From an uncultured Gammaproteobacteria bacterium (lineage in GTDB: Bacteria > Patescibacteriota > Microgenomatia > CAZETR01 > Amesbacteraceae), in contig CAZFGX010000001.1 of the NCBI GenBank assembly GCA_964518565.1, positions 905,553 to 969,552 of the forward strand: a stretch of DNA of 64,000 nucleotides. Direction: 5' to 3'. Shown one piece after another: positions 23,805-32,476 of the stretch. The notes below the pieces were generated by a model that did no database searches, had not been told where the DNA came from, and worked only from the letters and a program-made list of their open reading frames with translations. The translations under genes and the position numbers were made by a program. The number at the start of each line of letters is the position of its first letter. Position 1 is the first letter of the stretch.

Positions 23805-24296
23805 TTACCGCCCAGTCGTCGGAATCGCAGTTGCAACCCGATGTATCACAGTCGGTCGAGGGGTACCCTCAATTTCAGTAATCGACCTCACACTCAACAA
23901 TTTACTTCCATGTGACCCGGGAATTCCTTGGCCACAAGTAGTGCTTATCTGTGAACCGCTAGAATCTCTCGTCACATATTCAATATCGGTATTTAACCAA
24001 TCTCGATATTCGTAAACAATTGTTGCATTTTCTTCCTGAACAATGCTTTTCAGTTTGTTTGCCAAATCTTCATCCAACGTACAAAACACATATGTATTGT
24101 CACCAAAAATCCACAGTTGCGTGAGTCCATTATTCAACGGTTCAACATTACTAATAACTCCCCGCCCGACTCCTGGCTTTTTTGCAATTCCATCACTCGT
24201 ATTCCCCTTTGGCGTCGAAAGACACGCCATACTCAAAAACAAAATGAGCATCAACCCAAAAAAATACTGTACCGTTCTATTTTTACCCATATTCAC
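23805..24296 (-). CDS. lipoprotein, unknown function
   Basis: 163 aa. Signal peptide with lipobox LSMAC. The start MNMG and the 5' UTR are identical to those of 25692..26012. Confidence 0.5.
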   Translation of the reverse strand: MNMGKNRTVQYFFGLMLILFLSMACLSTPKGNTSDGIAKKPGVGRGVISNVEPLNNGLTQLWIFGDNTYVFCTLDEDLANKLKSIVQEENATIVYEYRDWLNTDIEYVTRDSSGSQISTTCGQGIPGSHGSKLLSVRSITEIEGTPRPTVIHRVATAIPTTGR

Positions 24297-24431
24297 CTCT
24301 CAAATTTCAATGTACTGCGCCATGAAATTGCGCCTGCACATTGTACCTAAAAATAGCCCACAAATCAAAACTATAGGCCTTAATACCACAAAAAAGGGCC
24401 GCGAGCATTTCTGCCCCCGGCCATGTGTTAC

Positions 24432-25334
24432 TTAAGAAAAATTGCCCGGATTCGCCCAAGACTCAAAATCCACCCACGCCGCAAACAGTGGCATAGGGAT
24501 TCCTTGTCGGCTAATCCAAAACAAAAACGGTTGATCGATCACCATAGGGCGATCCAGCGATACTGACTCAAATGAAACAGAGATTCCTGCCGCACTTTCA
24601 GCTTTCGCTGCCTTGTGATTCATCTTCAACTTGCTCTGTTGCTTGGCCTCCACTACTCGAGCAATCTGGTCTATTTTAAATGTTTCGGTCCAGATCCCCT
24701 TCAACCAATCCAGCGAAGTATCCACGTTCAAATCCACCATCGGAAAATGCAATGCGGAAAATTCACCTGTTCGCTTCATGTCCCGCTGAGTTGCCCGAGC
24801 AAAAAGCGACAACTCAAATGGGGAAATTTCCGCGCCCAACTTACATGGCATCATATATGCCACATCGCGCGTATCTTTGGTCGCTACACTAGCAATCGAC
24901 AGGTGATCCAAGGAATAAAAGCTCAGCCCCCGTCGCTTCATGTACACCCCGTCATAGTCCTTTCCATTCTCTCCACGCAATTTCTGCTCAGAACCAGCTT
25001 GTTGCCATGTCAACAAGTGGGAGTAAATACATCCCAAATAAAACATCTCCTGATCCGGCTGAGGTTTGGCCGTCAGCTTAATGGAAAACCCATTATCTGC
25101 AAACCATTTGTTAATGATTTTGACATCCCAAGTCGACTTGCCTTTCATCAGCTTATCAGCTGTCAGTCCAGGGATATGTTGACGCACCTCCTTCATATAA
25201 TCCAAAAACACCAACTGCTCAAAAGGCATAGATTCTTTTGCCTGCCAAATGCTCCCAACTGGCAAAATGCCATCCACTTCGGCCTGTACCAACGCTCCAA
25301 CAATATCAAAAATCGAACTCACACGACTAGTCAT
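24432..25334 (-). CDS. serpin-like protein (short serine-protease-inhibitor homolog)
   Basis: 300 aa. The C-terminus carries a hinge-like NHKAAKAESAAGIS and the serpin signature …DRPMVIDQPFLFWI…PMPLF. Shorter than the usual ~380-420 aa serpin. Confidence 0.4.
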   Translation of the reverse strand: MTSRVSSIFDIVGALVQAEVDGILPVGSIWQAKESMPFEQLVFLDYMKEVRQHIPGLTADKLMKGKSTWDVKIINKWFADNGFSIKLTAKPQPDQEMFYLGCIYSHLLTWQQAGSEQKLRGENGKDYDGVYMKRRGLSFYSLDHLSIASVATKDTRDVAYMMPCKLGAEISPFELSLFARATQRDMKRTGEFSALHFPMVDLNVDTSLDWLKGIWTETFKIDQIARVVEAKQQSKLKMNHKAAKAESAAGISVSFESVSLDRPMVIDQPFLFWISRQGIPMPLFAAWVDFESWANPGNFS

Positions 25335-25348
25335 AATTATTTTCTCCT

Positions 25349-25675
25349 TTACTCAGCATTCTGTTTTACAAACGTGTAATATGGTGCAAAAACTTCTTGC
25401 CCTGGAACAGGTGTGTGATACGTACACATCCACCCTTTAGTGCAATACAACGGCTCAAAATTCAGCCACTGCTGATGAGCGTCCAACTCATCCTGACTCA
25501 GACCTTTATGAAAAATTTCCTCCATCAGCGTAGCCAAAGTAATGACCAACACTGGACCCTTAGTCAAAAACTCTGCCATCACCAAACGAAAATCCACTGC
25601 ATTCAACACTTCATCCGGAATTCTTTCTAAACTCTCATTCACCACAGTCGGATTTGTAGCCGAAAACGTCGCCAT
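25349..25675 (-). CDS. small protein, member C of the four-paralog family
   Basis: 108 aa. SD GGAGGTGAACAATG. C-terminal W-x-F-x-LY…GW…Y-F-x-NAE block like 23063..23398. Confidence 0.5.
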   Translation of the reverse strand: MATFSATNPTVVNESLERIPDEVLNAVDFRLVMAEFLTKGPVLVITLATLMEEIFHKGLSQDELDAHQQWLNFEPLYCTKGWMCTYHTPVPGQEVFAPYYTFVKQNAE

Positions 25676-25691
25676 TGTTCACCTCCAAAAG

Positions 25692-26012
25692 CTATCGTGG
25701 TCGTTTTCTTTCTGGTTTGGTTTTCCTCTCGGGTATAAATGTGTATCGTCCATCCTTCACACTCACATCCCAACCATTGAATCGATACAATGCGTCAAAA
25801 TTCCACCAGCCATAGCGATCTGCATCTTCAGATTGAATATCGTCAGCCAACAACTCCATCAATTCACCCTTGTTAAATGTAGCCTTACCGTCCCGAAACT
25901 CACGCCGAATCAATCCATTAATGATATCTATCATTACATCTGGAATCGGCAACACCTTCTCTTTCAAATCAGTCGGCCGTATTGGCCTCACCTTCTTCGT
26001 TCCCATATTCAC
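25692..26012 (-). CDS. small protein, member D of the four-paralog family
   Basis: 106 aa. Paralog of 23422..23772. Its 5' region is identical to that of lipoprotein 23805..24296. Confidence 0.5.
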   Translation of the reverse strand: MNMGTKKVRPIRPTDLKEKVLPIPDVMIDIINGLIRREFRDGKATFNKGELMELLADDIQSEDADRYGWWNFDALYRFNGWDVSVKDGRYTFIPERKTKPERKRPR

Positions 26013-26114
26013 CTCTTAAATTTCAATGTACTGCGCCCAATTGCGCGGTCAGCGGATTATACCTGAAACTATAGGTCTATTCAAAATTTACACATCTAAT
26101 GTTAGGATACACAC

Positions 26115-26555
26115 ATGGCCGCCGTTAGTACCTATATCAATTGCGCTCGTCAGACTCGTGAAGCCTTTGAATTCTATCGCTCCGTCTTCAAAACCGAATT
26201 TGTTGGTCAAACCATGACTTTTGGCCAAGTCCCCCAAGACCCTGCCCATCCTCTCGCCGATTCAGATAAAGATCTCATCATGCATATCGCCCTCCCCACA
26301 ATTGGTGGCCATGTTCTCCATGGTACCGATGCGCCAGAATCTATGGGCTTTCATCTCAAACCCGGAGACAACATCCATATCATGTTAGAACCCGATACTC
26401 GCGAAGAAGCAGATCGTCTATATACTGCTCTCTCCGCAGGTTCAAATGTCACCATGCCCATGCAAGACCAGTTTTGGGGTGACTACTTTGGCTCACTCAC
26501 TGATAAATTTGGCATCAACTGGATGATAAACCACCACACTACCCCAAATAACTAA
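26115..26555 (+). CDS. PhnB-like VOC family protein
   Basis: 146 aa. PhnB/3-demethylubiquinone methyltransferase-like fold signature (YINCARQTREAFEFYRSVF…FWGDYFGSLTDKFGINWMI). Confidence 0.55.
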   Translation: MAAVSTYINCARQTREAFEFYRSVFKTEFVGQTMTFGQVPQDPAHPLADSDKDLIMHIALPTIGGHVLHGTDAPESMGFHLKPGDNIHIMLEPDTREEADRLYTALSAGSNVTMPMQDQFWGDYFGSLTDKFGINWMINHHTTPNN

Positions 26556-26570
26556 ATCCAAACAATATCC

Positions 26571-26930
26571 ATGCGCAAAGAAACCCTTTTTATTCTGGCT
26601 TGCATCGGCGTAATCAGTCTGATTACCATTCTCTACAAATTCTCCACCCGCCCTTCCATGCCACCCACTCCACACCAAGGCTCCATTACTGGTGCCATCG
26701 AATGCCTCCCCCACAAAAACACTTCTGGTCCCCAAACTCTTGAATGTGCTTTTGGTCTGCGTGGTGACGACGACCAACACTATCTCCTTGTGTACAAACC
26801 TGCGACTCAAGACCATATTCCAGTCGGCCAACGCGTCAAAGTCTTTGGCGATATTACTGCCCAAACCCATCCAGTGTACGACATCATCGCCAAAATCTCT
26901 GTTTCAAACATCAAATCTCTAGGCAAATAA
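26571..26930 (+). CDS. membrane-anchored hypothetical protein
   Basis: 119 aa with an N-terminal TM. A hairpin follows at 26935..26960. Confidence 0.4.
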   Translation: MRKETLFILACIGVISLITILYKFSTRPSMPPTPHQGSITGAIECLPHKNTSGPQTLECAFGLRGDDDQHYLLVYKPATQDHIPVGQRVKVFGDITAQTHPVYDIIAKISVSNIKSLGK

Positions 26931-26970
26931 AAAAAGGCGGTTCGCTTTCGCTCCCCGCCTAAGAAAAAAA
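26929..26970. terminator. bidirectional hairpin terminator between convergent genes
   Basis: A-run, then AGGCGG (26935-40), a 14-nt loop, CCGCCT (26955-60), then an A/T run. Contains the repeated core TCGCTTTCGCTCCCC. Confidence 0.45.
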
Positions 26971-26990
26971 TCGGCTGTTAAATTATTTTT

Positions 26991-27461
26991 TTAACTCACT
27001 GGTAAAAACAAATTCGTCTTGGATGCATTACGGATACTTCCCACAGCAGGAGCATCTACCTCTCTATCTCGATGAGACAAGACCTGAATCCGAACTACAT
27101 CACTACCCACAGACAGTACTGATACTGGCACATTCACCACCCGACCAATACCATAATGCATCCATCGAGCTCGAAAACCCTTTGCAAACAGCTGCTCATC
27201 CACAGTAAAAAACAACGAGCTCAAAGCTACTGTTTGCATAGAATGCATCGGGGGCACATCGTGTCCAATCCAAGAATGAGGCAATACCCTGATCGACGCC
27301 ATACCCACCTCGCGCATGACATTAGACACACGCACCGGCACACACACCAAACGTCGATAACCCAAAAAAATCCATCTCGCTTCATCATCAATAGACAATT
27401 GAACCGTCCCATCAGCCAATATCTGTTGATTTCGACGTAAAATCGCCACAAATCTGTGCAT
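26991..27461 (-). CDS. hypothetical protein (first of a tandem triplet of ~155-aa proteins)
   Basis: Start moved to the ATG at 27461 (MHRFVAILRR…), which follows AGGAGGCGTTATGCA. This is the identical context used by 27470..27955. Confidence 0.4.
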   Translation of the reverse strand: MHRFVAILRRNQQILADGTVQLSIDDEARWIFLGYRRLVCVPVRVSNVMREVGMASIRVLPHSWIGHDVPPMHSMQTVALSSLFFTVDEQLFAKGFRARWMHYGIGRVVNVPVSVLSVGSDVVRIQVLSHRDREVDAPAVGSIRNASKTNLFLPVS

Positions 27462-27469
27462 AACGCCTC

Positions 27470-27955
27470 CTACAACACCGGCAATCTCAATTGAAACTTT
27501 GGCACACACACAGTTGCACCAATTTGGGGATTAAAAAGCCACATCGGCTTTATCAACCCAACTACAGAAATAATCACAGTATCGTCAGCATTGACTCGAA
27601 TGACCCTTGCCCAAGCTTGCGCCTCACCAGGCCAAGCAGGTTTATGCCAATACACGCCTTGATTCGCTTGCAAAGATTGGTCCACAGACCGCACCATAGC
27701 TCCCATTTTGTCGGTACACGTAAACAGAAATCTTCCAGCTACTACAATATTTTGATTCAAGAATTCATTTACTGGGGGCTCGGTCAAAAAATACAACACT
27801 TGCACGTGTAGTTCACCTCGGTCATTACATGGAACAACGACGACGCCAATACCCATATAAACCACTTCTTCTGTTGGCGGCTTTGTAAAATAAAACCCAA
27901 CGCGATCCCCAATTTCCAATTTCCGATACTCATCGTAACTCATCATCGTATGCAT
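27470..27955 (-). CDS. hypothetical protein (second of triplet)
   Basis: 161 aa. SD/start context AGGAGGCGTTATGCA. 8-bp gap to the neighbours on each side. Confidence 0.45.
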   Translation of the reverse strand: MHTMMSYDEYRKLEIGDRVGFYFTKPPTEEVVYMGIGVVVVPCNDRGELHVQVLYFLTEPPVNEFLNQNIVVAGRFLFTCTDKMGAMVRSVDQSLQANQGVYWHKPAWPGEAQAWARVIRVNADDTVIISVVGLIKPMWLFNPQIGATVCVPKFQLRLPVL

Positions 27956-27963
27956 AACGCCTC

Positions 27964-28421
27964 CTAATCAGCAATCAAAATAATCGACAACGGATCCACC
28001 GGAAATTCCTGCCCCACACCATAATAAAAGTGTCCACGTAATACGCGTTCGACCTTCAATGTTGCCGGTCGAAAACGCCGCTTGCCATGAGTGCAGTGCA
28101 CCATGCCTCGTTCTCCTTTTTCGTTCAGAAAATGGATAACTGGAGCCCCATTTGGCAATTTGTCCACTTCTTGTGGTTCCAGCATAATCCAGCGCAAATC
28201 CGTAAAAGAAGCCGAAATAGTTTGGCCAAACTCAAACGAATCAAGGCCTGGCACAGCGACACCTTCATAGCGTAGCAAGGCACACTGGTGATCACGATCC
28301 AATGACAAAATTCGCACTTTTCCAATCTTGCCGTCTTGCCACCCCTGCCGCTCTAACGCCAAGACCATGTTCGGCTTCAAAATGTCATATTCACTCGGAT
28401 AAACTTTCAGCGTAAACATAT
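27964..28421 (-). CDS. hypothetical protein (third of triplet)
   Basis: Start moved to the ATG at 28421 (MFTLKVYPSEYD…), which follows SD AAGGAGAG. 152 aa. Confidence 0.4.
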
Positions 28422-28540
28422 ATTCTCTCCTTAACAGCCAATTTTCAAAGTTCGAAAAGGCCAAAAAAGCGCATTGCTTCGCGGCCTTCACCACATGATA
28501 TTTTATCTCCCCCAGACCAGAAAATCAAACACTACAGGAT

Positions 28541-28575
28541 AAAAAAAGGGGCAGGTCGCTTTCGCTCCCCACCCC
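28541..28575. repeat. second copy of the A7-GG…TCGCTTTCGCTCCCC hairpin element
   Basis: aaaaaaaggggcaggTCGCTTTCGCTCCCCacccc shares a 15-nt core with 26942..26956. Read on the minus strand it gives a GC hairpin plus T-run, consistent with a terminator for 28604..28879. Confidence 0.4.
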
Positions 28576-28603
28576 AAACAAACCAAACTGCTTTTTGCTA
28601 CCA

Positions 28604-28879
28604 TTACAAATGGTAAAAATCACCAAACATAGCTACAAATTTGTCTCCAATCTTCACTTGTTCTTTTTTAGGAATAAATAGCCCTCTCTTGAGAAATTTT
28701 TCGACTTGTACCACCCGAGTATTCACCGCTTGTTCAGCCACAACCTTAACTTTCACCACTTGAAGAGTGCGACCTGCTCCAAAAATTACACATGCGAGAC
28801 TTCCCACTGTCAAAGCTTGCGCCTCTGGCCCAGTCATGGGCTTATACCCCTCTTTTTCACTCTTTGGTTGATTTGCCAC
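28604..28879 (-). CDS. hypothetical small protein
   Basis: 91 aa. Contains the TLQVVKVKVVAEQ motif, resembling KQVFRVKVVQ in the upstream gene. Confidence 0.4.
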   Translation of the reverse strand: MANQPKSEKEGYKPMTGPEAQALTVGSLACVIFGAGRTLQVVKVKVVAEQAVNTRVVQVEKFLKRGLFIPKKEQVKIGDKFVAMFGDFYHL

Positions 28880-28881
28880 AA

Positions 28882-29159
28882 TTACTCCTTCTCAAAGAAG
28901 ATTCCATCTGCATCAGACCAAACGATACAATTCAAATCGTAATCTGAATCATGCACCGCTGCTGAACCGATATGAATAATTTCCAAAATCTGGAAACTCC
29001 CCAGTGATTTAGGTGGCTGCACCACCTTCACACGAAACACTTGCTTCGTCGCTGGATCGTCACCGATAATCAAAATTACTGTTTGGCCAGCGTTCAAGGC
29101 TGCAAATTGTGCATCTGTGACGTTCGCGTACCGAGATCTGTCAAATGTAGCTAACATAG
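28882..29159 (-). CDS. hypothetical small protein
   Basis: Start moved to the ATG at 29159 (MLATFDRSRY…), which follows SD GGAGGG. 92 aa. First gene downstream of the 29255..29292 promoter. Confidence 0.4.
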
Positions 29160-29254
29160 CCCTCCAACAAAAAAAGCAATCTATTAATGTACGAACGAAA
29201 TACCTCGTCTTCTTGCAATCCAAAAATAGAAATACTTCGTTTTACAGCAAGTGA

Positions 29255-29292
29255 ATTAGTTCACTTGATATATCAATATTATAGCCAAAAAT
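29255..29292 (-). promoter_or_regulatory. sigma70-type promoter (TTGACT-N17-TATAAT) with downstream operator-like palindrome
   Basis: The minus strand reads TTGACTttacgcctatttttggcTATAAT. A perfect inverted repeat CAAGTGAA-N4-TTCACTTG (29244..29263) lies at about +7 to +26. Confidence 0.45.
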
Positions 29293-29319
29293 AGGCGTAA
29301 AGTCAAACTATAGGCCTAA

Positions 29320-29676
29320 TTAGGCTCGATCTACATTAGAATGTCGCGATTCATACACAAATCGCACCACATCTTCTACCACCTTCACAGATAACGGCTT
29401 TGAAAATGGCAATTGGAGTGTAGCTCGACCAGAAATTTTTGCCCCACCTAGATCCGGCATAGCCTTTGCCAGACCATCTGGTATTGGATAAATGGACAAA
29501 TATGTTTTCCACGCCCCAAAGTATACAATCGGCTTCCCATGTATCTTGTACCCAATAATGCCATAACTAATCGCCTCCTCTGCTTCAGGTATCATCTTCA
29601 AAATCACCTTACGTACCAAAACCAACCGTTCCTGTACATCTTTTGGGAAACTATCGATATACGCGTTTACTGTCAT
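29320..29676 (-). CDS. DUF1801 (YdhG-like) domain protein
   Basis: 118 aa. YdhG-like core (IIGYKIHGKPIVYFGAWKTYLSIYP). Confidence 0.55.
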   Translation of the reverse strand: MTVNAYIDSFPKDVQERLVLVRKVILKMIPEAEEAISYGIIGYKIHGKPIVYFGAWKTYLSIYPIPDGLAKAMPDLGGAKISGRATLQLPFSKPLSVKVVEDVVRFVYESRHSNVDRA

Positions 29677-29993
29677 AACAGATTTCCCAACTTCTTTTGT
29701 TTACTCAAAATCCCCTTGATCGACGGGCTCAATTCTTTATCTGTCCGATGAATACACCCAATCCAACAACATGGCCGCCGTTTTCCCTCCTTCAGTTGCC
29801 TCACTGTCCTTTTGACATGATCCTCGCGTGTTTTCTCCGTCTTTGGAAACAATACCCAACAAATCCACTCGTTCCTCGCCAGCGGCGTCAACCCTTCCCA
29901 TAATGCCAAAGATTTTGCGTCATCCCCCAAAGCCTTACCCAAATCCTCAGGCATAGTGTGTACTACTCCAGCTGATATTTGTGTCTGATTCAT
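29673..29993 (-). CDS. YdeI/OmpD-associated family protein
   Basis: 106 aa. Motif NEWICWVLFPKTEKTREDHVKRTV, typical of PF13376. Confidence 0.55.
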   Translation of the reverse strand: MNQTQISAGVVHTMPEDLGKALGDDAKSLALWEGLTPLARNEWICWVLFPKTEKTREDHVKRTVRQLKEGKRRPCCWIGCIHRTDKELSPSIKGILSKQKKLGNLL

Positions 29994-30002
29994 ATACCAA
30001 TT

Positions 30003-30425
30003 TTAGCGCACTTGGCCAGCCCCACCCACTTTTTCAGCTTTTTTCAAAATCTCCTTCAACACCTGCATATCAATATCTGCCAACTTCTTAAACCGAATAC
30101 AACTCTTACCAATACTCGCTTTTGGCAATTTGTCCTTATACTGCTCTGCAATATAAATACCATCTTCTATGGCACAAACATATACCGATATATAATTTTT
30201 CTGACTCGCCAAAGCCACCAGTGACCAATCTCCTTCTTTTCCCGAAGCATACCGATAATGATACGTCCCGTACCCAATCATTCCCGACAAAATATGTGGT
30301 TTCAAATCCGGAACCGTCTTTTGAATAAACGCATGCAACACTTCTACTTCTTTTCTCCTCGGCTCCTCAATTGCCAAAATATACTCCTCCGGCGTCTTGG
30401 CTAGTGTCGGTTTAAACATATTCAT
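30003..30425 (-). CDS. DUF1801 domain protein
   Basis: Start moved to the internal ATG at 30425 (MNMFKPTLAK…). YdhG-like pattern. Confidence 0.5.
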   Translation of the reverse strand: MNMFKPTLAKTPEEYILAIEEPRRKEVEVLHAFIQKTVPDLKPHILSGMIGYGTYHYRYASGKEGDWSLVALASQKNYISVYVCAIEDGIYIAEQYKDKLPKASIGKSCIRFKKLADIDMQVLKEILKKAEKVGGAGQVR

Positions 30426-30443
30426 ACCCCATAAGTATAAAAT

Positions 30444-31025
30444 ATGACTATGAATATCTCCAAAAATAATTATTACCAAGAAAAGCTATCCCAAATCATC
30501 GCCTCAAAGCAAACATATACAGAAATTGAATTTGAAGATTGTGAATTCTTCGAATGTCATTGGATAGATTGCACGTTTGAAAAATGCAAATTTATCAATT
30601 GCCGATTTCATGACTGCCTTATTAGTGCCACCCGACTGACCAATTCGCGCTTTAGAGAAACCATATTCAAAAACTGTAAAGTCATTGGTATTGATTGGAC
30701 TACGACACAAAGTCTTCAGTATCTTTCGTTTGAAAATTGCCAAATAAATTATTCAAACTTTCATGCTCTCTATTTATCTGAATTAAAAATTCTATCCTGC
30801 GAAGCAGTAGAGGTAGACTTCTCTGAAACAAATCTCACCCAAGCAATACTCACAAATACTGATTTCAATCAAAGTATTTTCTCAAAAACCAATCTGCATA
30901 AAGCCGATCTCCAAGGCGCCAAAAACTATTACATTGACCCTCGGCAAAACACCATCAAAGATGCCACTTTTTCACTCCCCGAAGCTCTTTCTCTCCTAGA
31001 AACGTTAGACATAATACTAAAATAA
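30444..31025 (+). CDS. pentapeptide repeat protein
   Basis: 193 aa with tandem A(D/N)LxX-type pentapeptides (CEFFECHWIDCTFEKCKFINCRFHDC…). Confidence 0.8.
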   Translation: MTMNISKNNYYQEKLSQIIASKQTYTEIEFEDCEFFECHWIDCTFEKCKFINCRFHDCLISATRLTNSRFRETIFKNCKVIGIDWTTTQSLQYLSFENCQINYSNFHALYLSELKILSCEAVEVDFSETNLTQAILTNTDFNQSIFSKTNLHKADLQGAKNYYIDPRQNTIKDATFSLPEALSLLETLDIILK

Positions 31026-31487
31026 TTATCGAAACACTCGCTGCTCCTTCAAAATTTTCAAAATCTTTCCTCGCGTACCCACCACTCTTCCAATCATCAC
31101 TCCGGCTGAAATCGCCATACTCATGCCTCCTACCATGGAAGCATAAAAGAAATAGCCAATAATTTGTCTTCGAACAATCACAAATGCTATATAAAGTACC
31201 AGTATCACAATTCCAAACGCATCCAATCGCGATACAATTTTTTTAGCATCATGGTCCCAAGATAAATGAAACATTCGCGCCACTCCAACTCCCAAAAAAA
31301 TTCCCATCACAACACCAAGCAATGCAAACCCCACAGTCACCATACCAAACAAAATTTCATACCCCACTACACCTAGCAACAAAAAGGACAGCACAAAATA
31401 CCACCGCATGCGGTTTTTCAGTTTCTTATCCAAATGCTTTTCCAGCATACGATGACGAATTCGTCTTCCCATGTCATAAATATACAA
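31026..31487 (-). CDS. hypothetical membrane protein
   Basis: 153 aa with three or four TM segments. Confidence 0.4.
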   Translation of the reverse strand: MYIYDMGRRIRHRMLEKHLDKKLKNRMRWYFVLSFLLLGVVGYEILFGMVTVGFALLGVVMGIFLGVGVARMFHLSWDHDAKKIVSRLDAFGIVILVLYIAFVIVRRQIIGYFFYASMVGGMSMAISAGVMIGRVVGTRGKILKILKEQRVFR

Positions 31488-31592
31488 GAATAAAAAAAGT
31501 GCTGTCTATTCCTAAACAGCGCTATGAAAAACTATTCCAAACTTGTCAATTTAATGTTTTGCGGACCCAAGTCAGAACCCAACTTACGATTG

Positions 31593-32264
31593 CTAACGAG
31601 TCAAAAGTAACAACCGTTTCACACCATTTTCAACTATACGTATATCTTTCTCATCATACGAATGATGCTTCATGTAAACTAAAACTTTCGTTTTCATTTC
31701 TTCAGTCCAACCTCGAAAATTAAAGGTGTCAACATACACTTCCTGACCGCCACTTCCTTTCATATAATTTCTTTCGTTGTTGTCAAAATAAAAAGGAATC
31801 TCAAGTTGGCGTAATACATCAATTACCCTTGCCATAGATCTGTCTTCGCCATCTTTTAATCCTCTATCAACCTTATTAAGCATCTTCTGGACGCCTGCTT
31901 TTGAAAAGGTCTCACCATATACTCGCTCTCGAAAATTCAAAGACAAACCCTTTCCATTCAATCTACCATATGCTGCATATATCCGAGGAAAATTATCAGG
32001 AAATAAAGTGCAAAGAATTTGATGGTTATAGTACACCGCCTTGGCTTCTTCAGGTGAAGATTCCTTATAACTCACTGCAACCAACTTATCTGGATCATTT
32101 TCCAATGCCGCTACAGCCATTCTTCCTCCCTCACCTACAAAATTCCAATCTGTTTTTAATAGTTGTGCTACATCATTACTCGACACATTTCCGCGCTCAA
32201 ACAAGTCTTGTAAAACAATTCGAGAATCAACAGATAAAGATTCTGATGAAAAAAGTTCGGGCAT
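31593..32264 (-). CDS. hypothetical protein, third gene of the DUF2975-XRE operon
   Basis: Start moved to the ATG at 32264 (MPELFSSES…), directly after the XRE gene stop. 223 aa, no motif. Confidence 0.4.
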   Translation of the reverse strand: MPELFSSESLSVDSRIVLQDLFERGNVSSNDVAQLLKTDWNFVGEGGRMAVAALENDPDKLVAVSYKESSPEEAKAVYYNHQILCTLFPDNFPRIYAAYGRLNGKGLSLNFRERVYGETFSKAGVQKMLNKVDRGLKDGEDRSMARVIDVLRQLEIPFYFDNNERNYMKGSGGQEVYVDTFNFRGWTEEMKTKVLVYMKHHSYDEKDIRIVENGVKRLLLLTR

Positions 32265-32268
32265 ACAT

Positions 32269-32472
32269 TTATTTCTTGTATTCCAAAATATCTCCCGGCT
32301 GACAGTCCAATGCTTTACAAATAGCTTCCAATGTTGAAAAACGAATTGCGCGCGCCTTATCATTTTTCAAAATCGACAAATTTGCCATCGTAATCCCCAC
32401 CTTGTCTGCTAGTTCCGTCACACTCATTTTTCGCCTTGCCAGCATCACGTCTAGATTAATCACAATTCCCAT
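32269..32472 (-). CDS. XRE-family helix-turn-helix transcriptional regulator (YozG-like)
   Basis: 67 aa with an HTH (MSVTELADKVGITMANLSILKN). Confidence 0.8.
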   Translation of the reverse strand: MGIVINLDVMLARRKMSVTELADKVGITMANLSILKNDKARAIRFSTLEAICKALDCQPGDILEYKK

Positions 32473-32476
32473 ATAT

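Noticed and set aside
24380-24431. GC-rich hairpin gggccgcgagcatttctgcccccggcc as a strong terminator
   Set aside because: There is only a 5-bp imperfect stem with a 16-nt loop and no T-run on either strand. It may be weakly structured but is not called.
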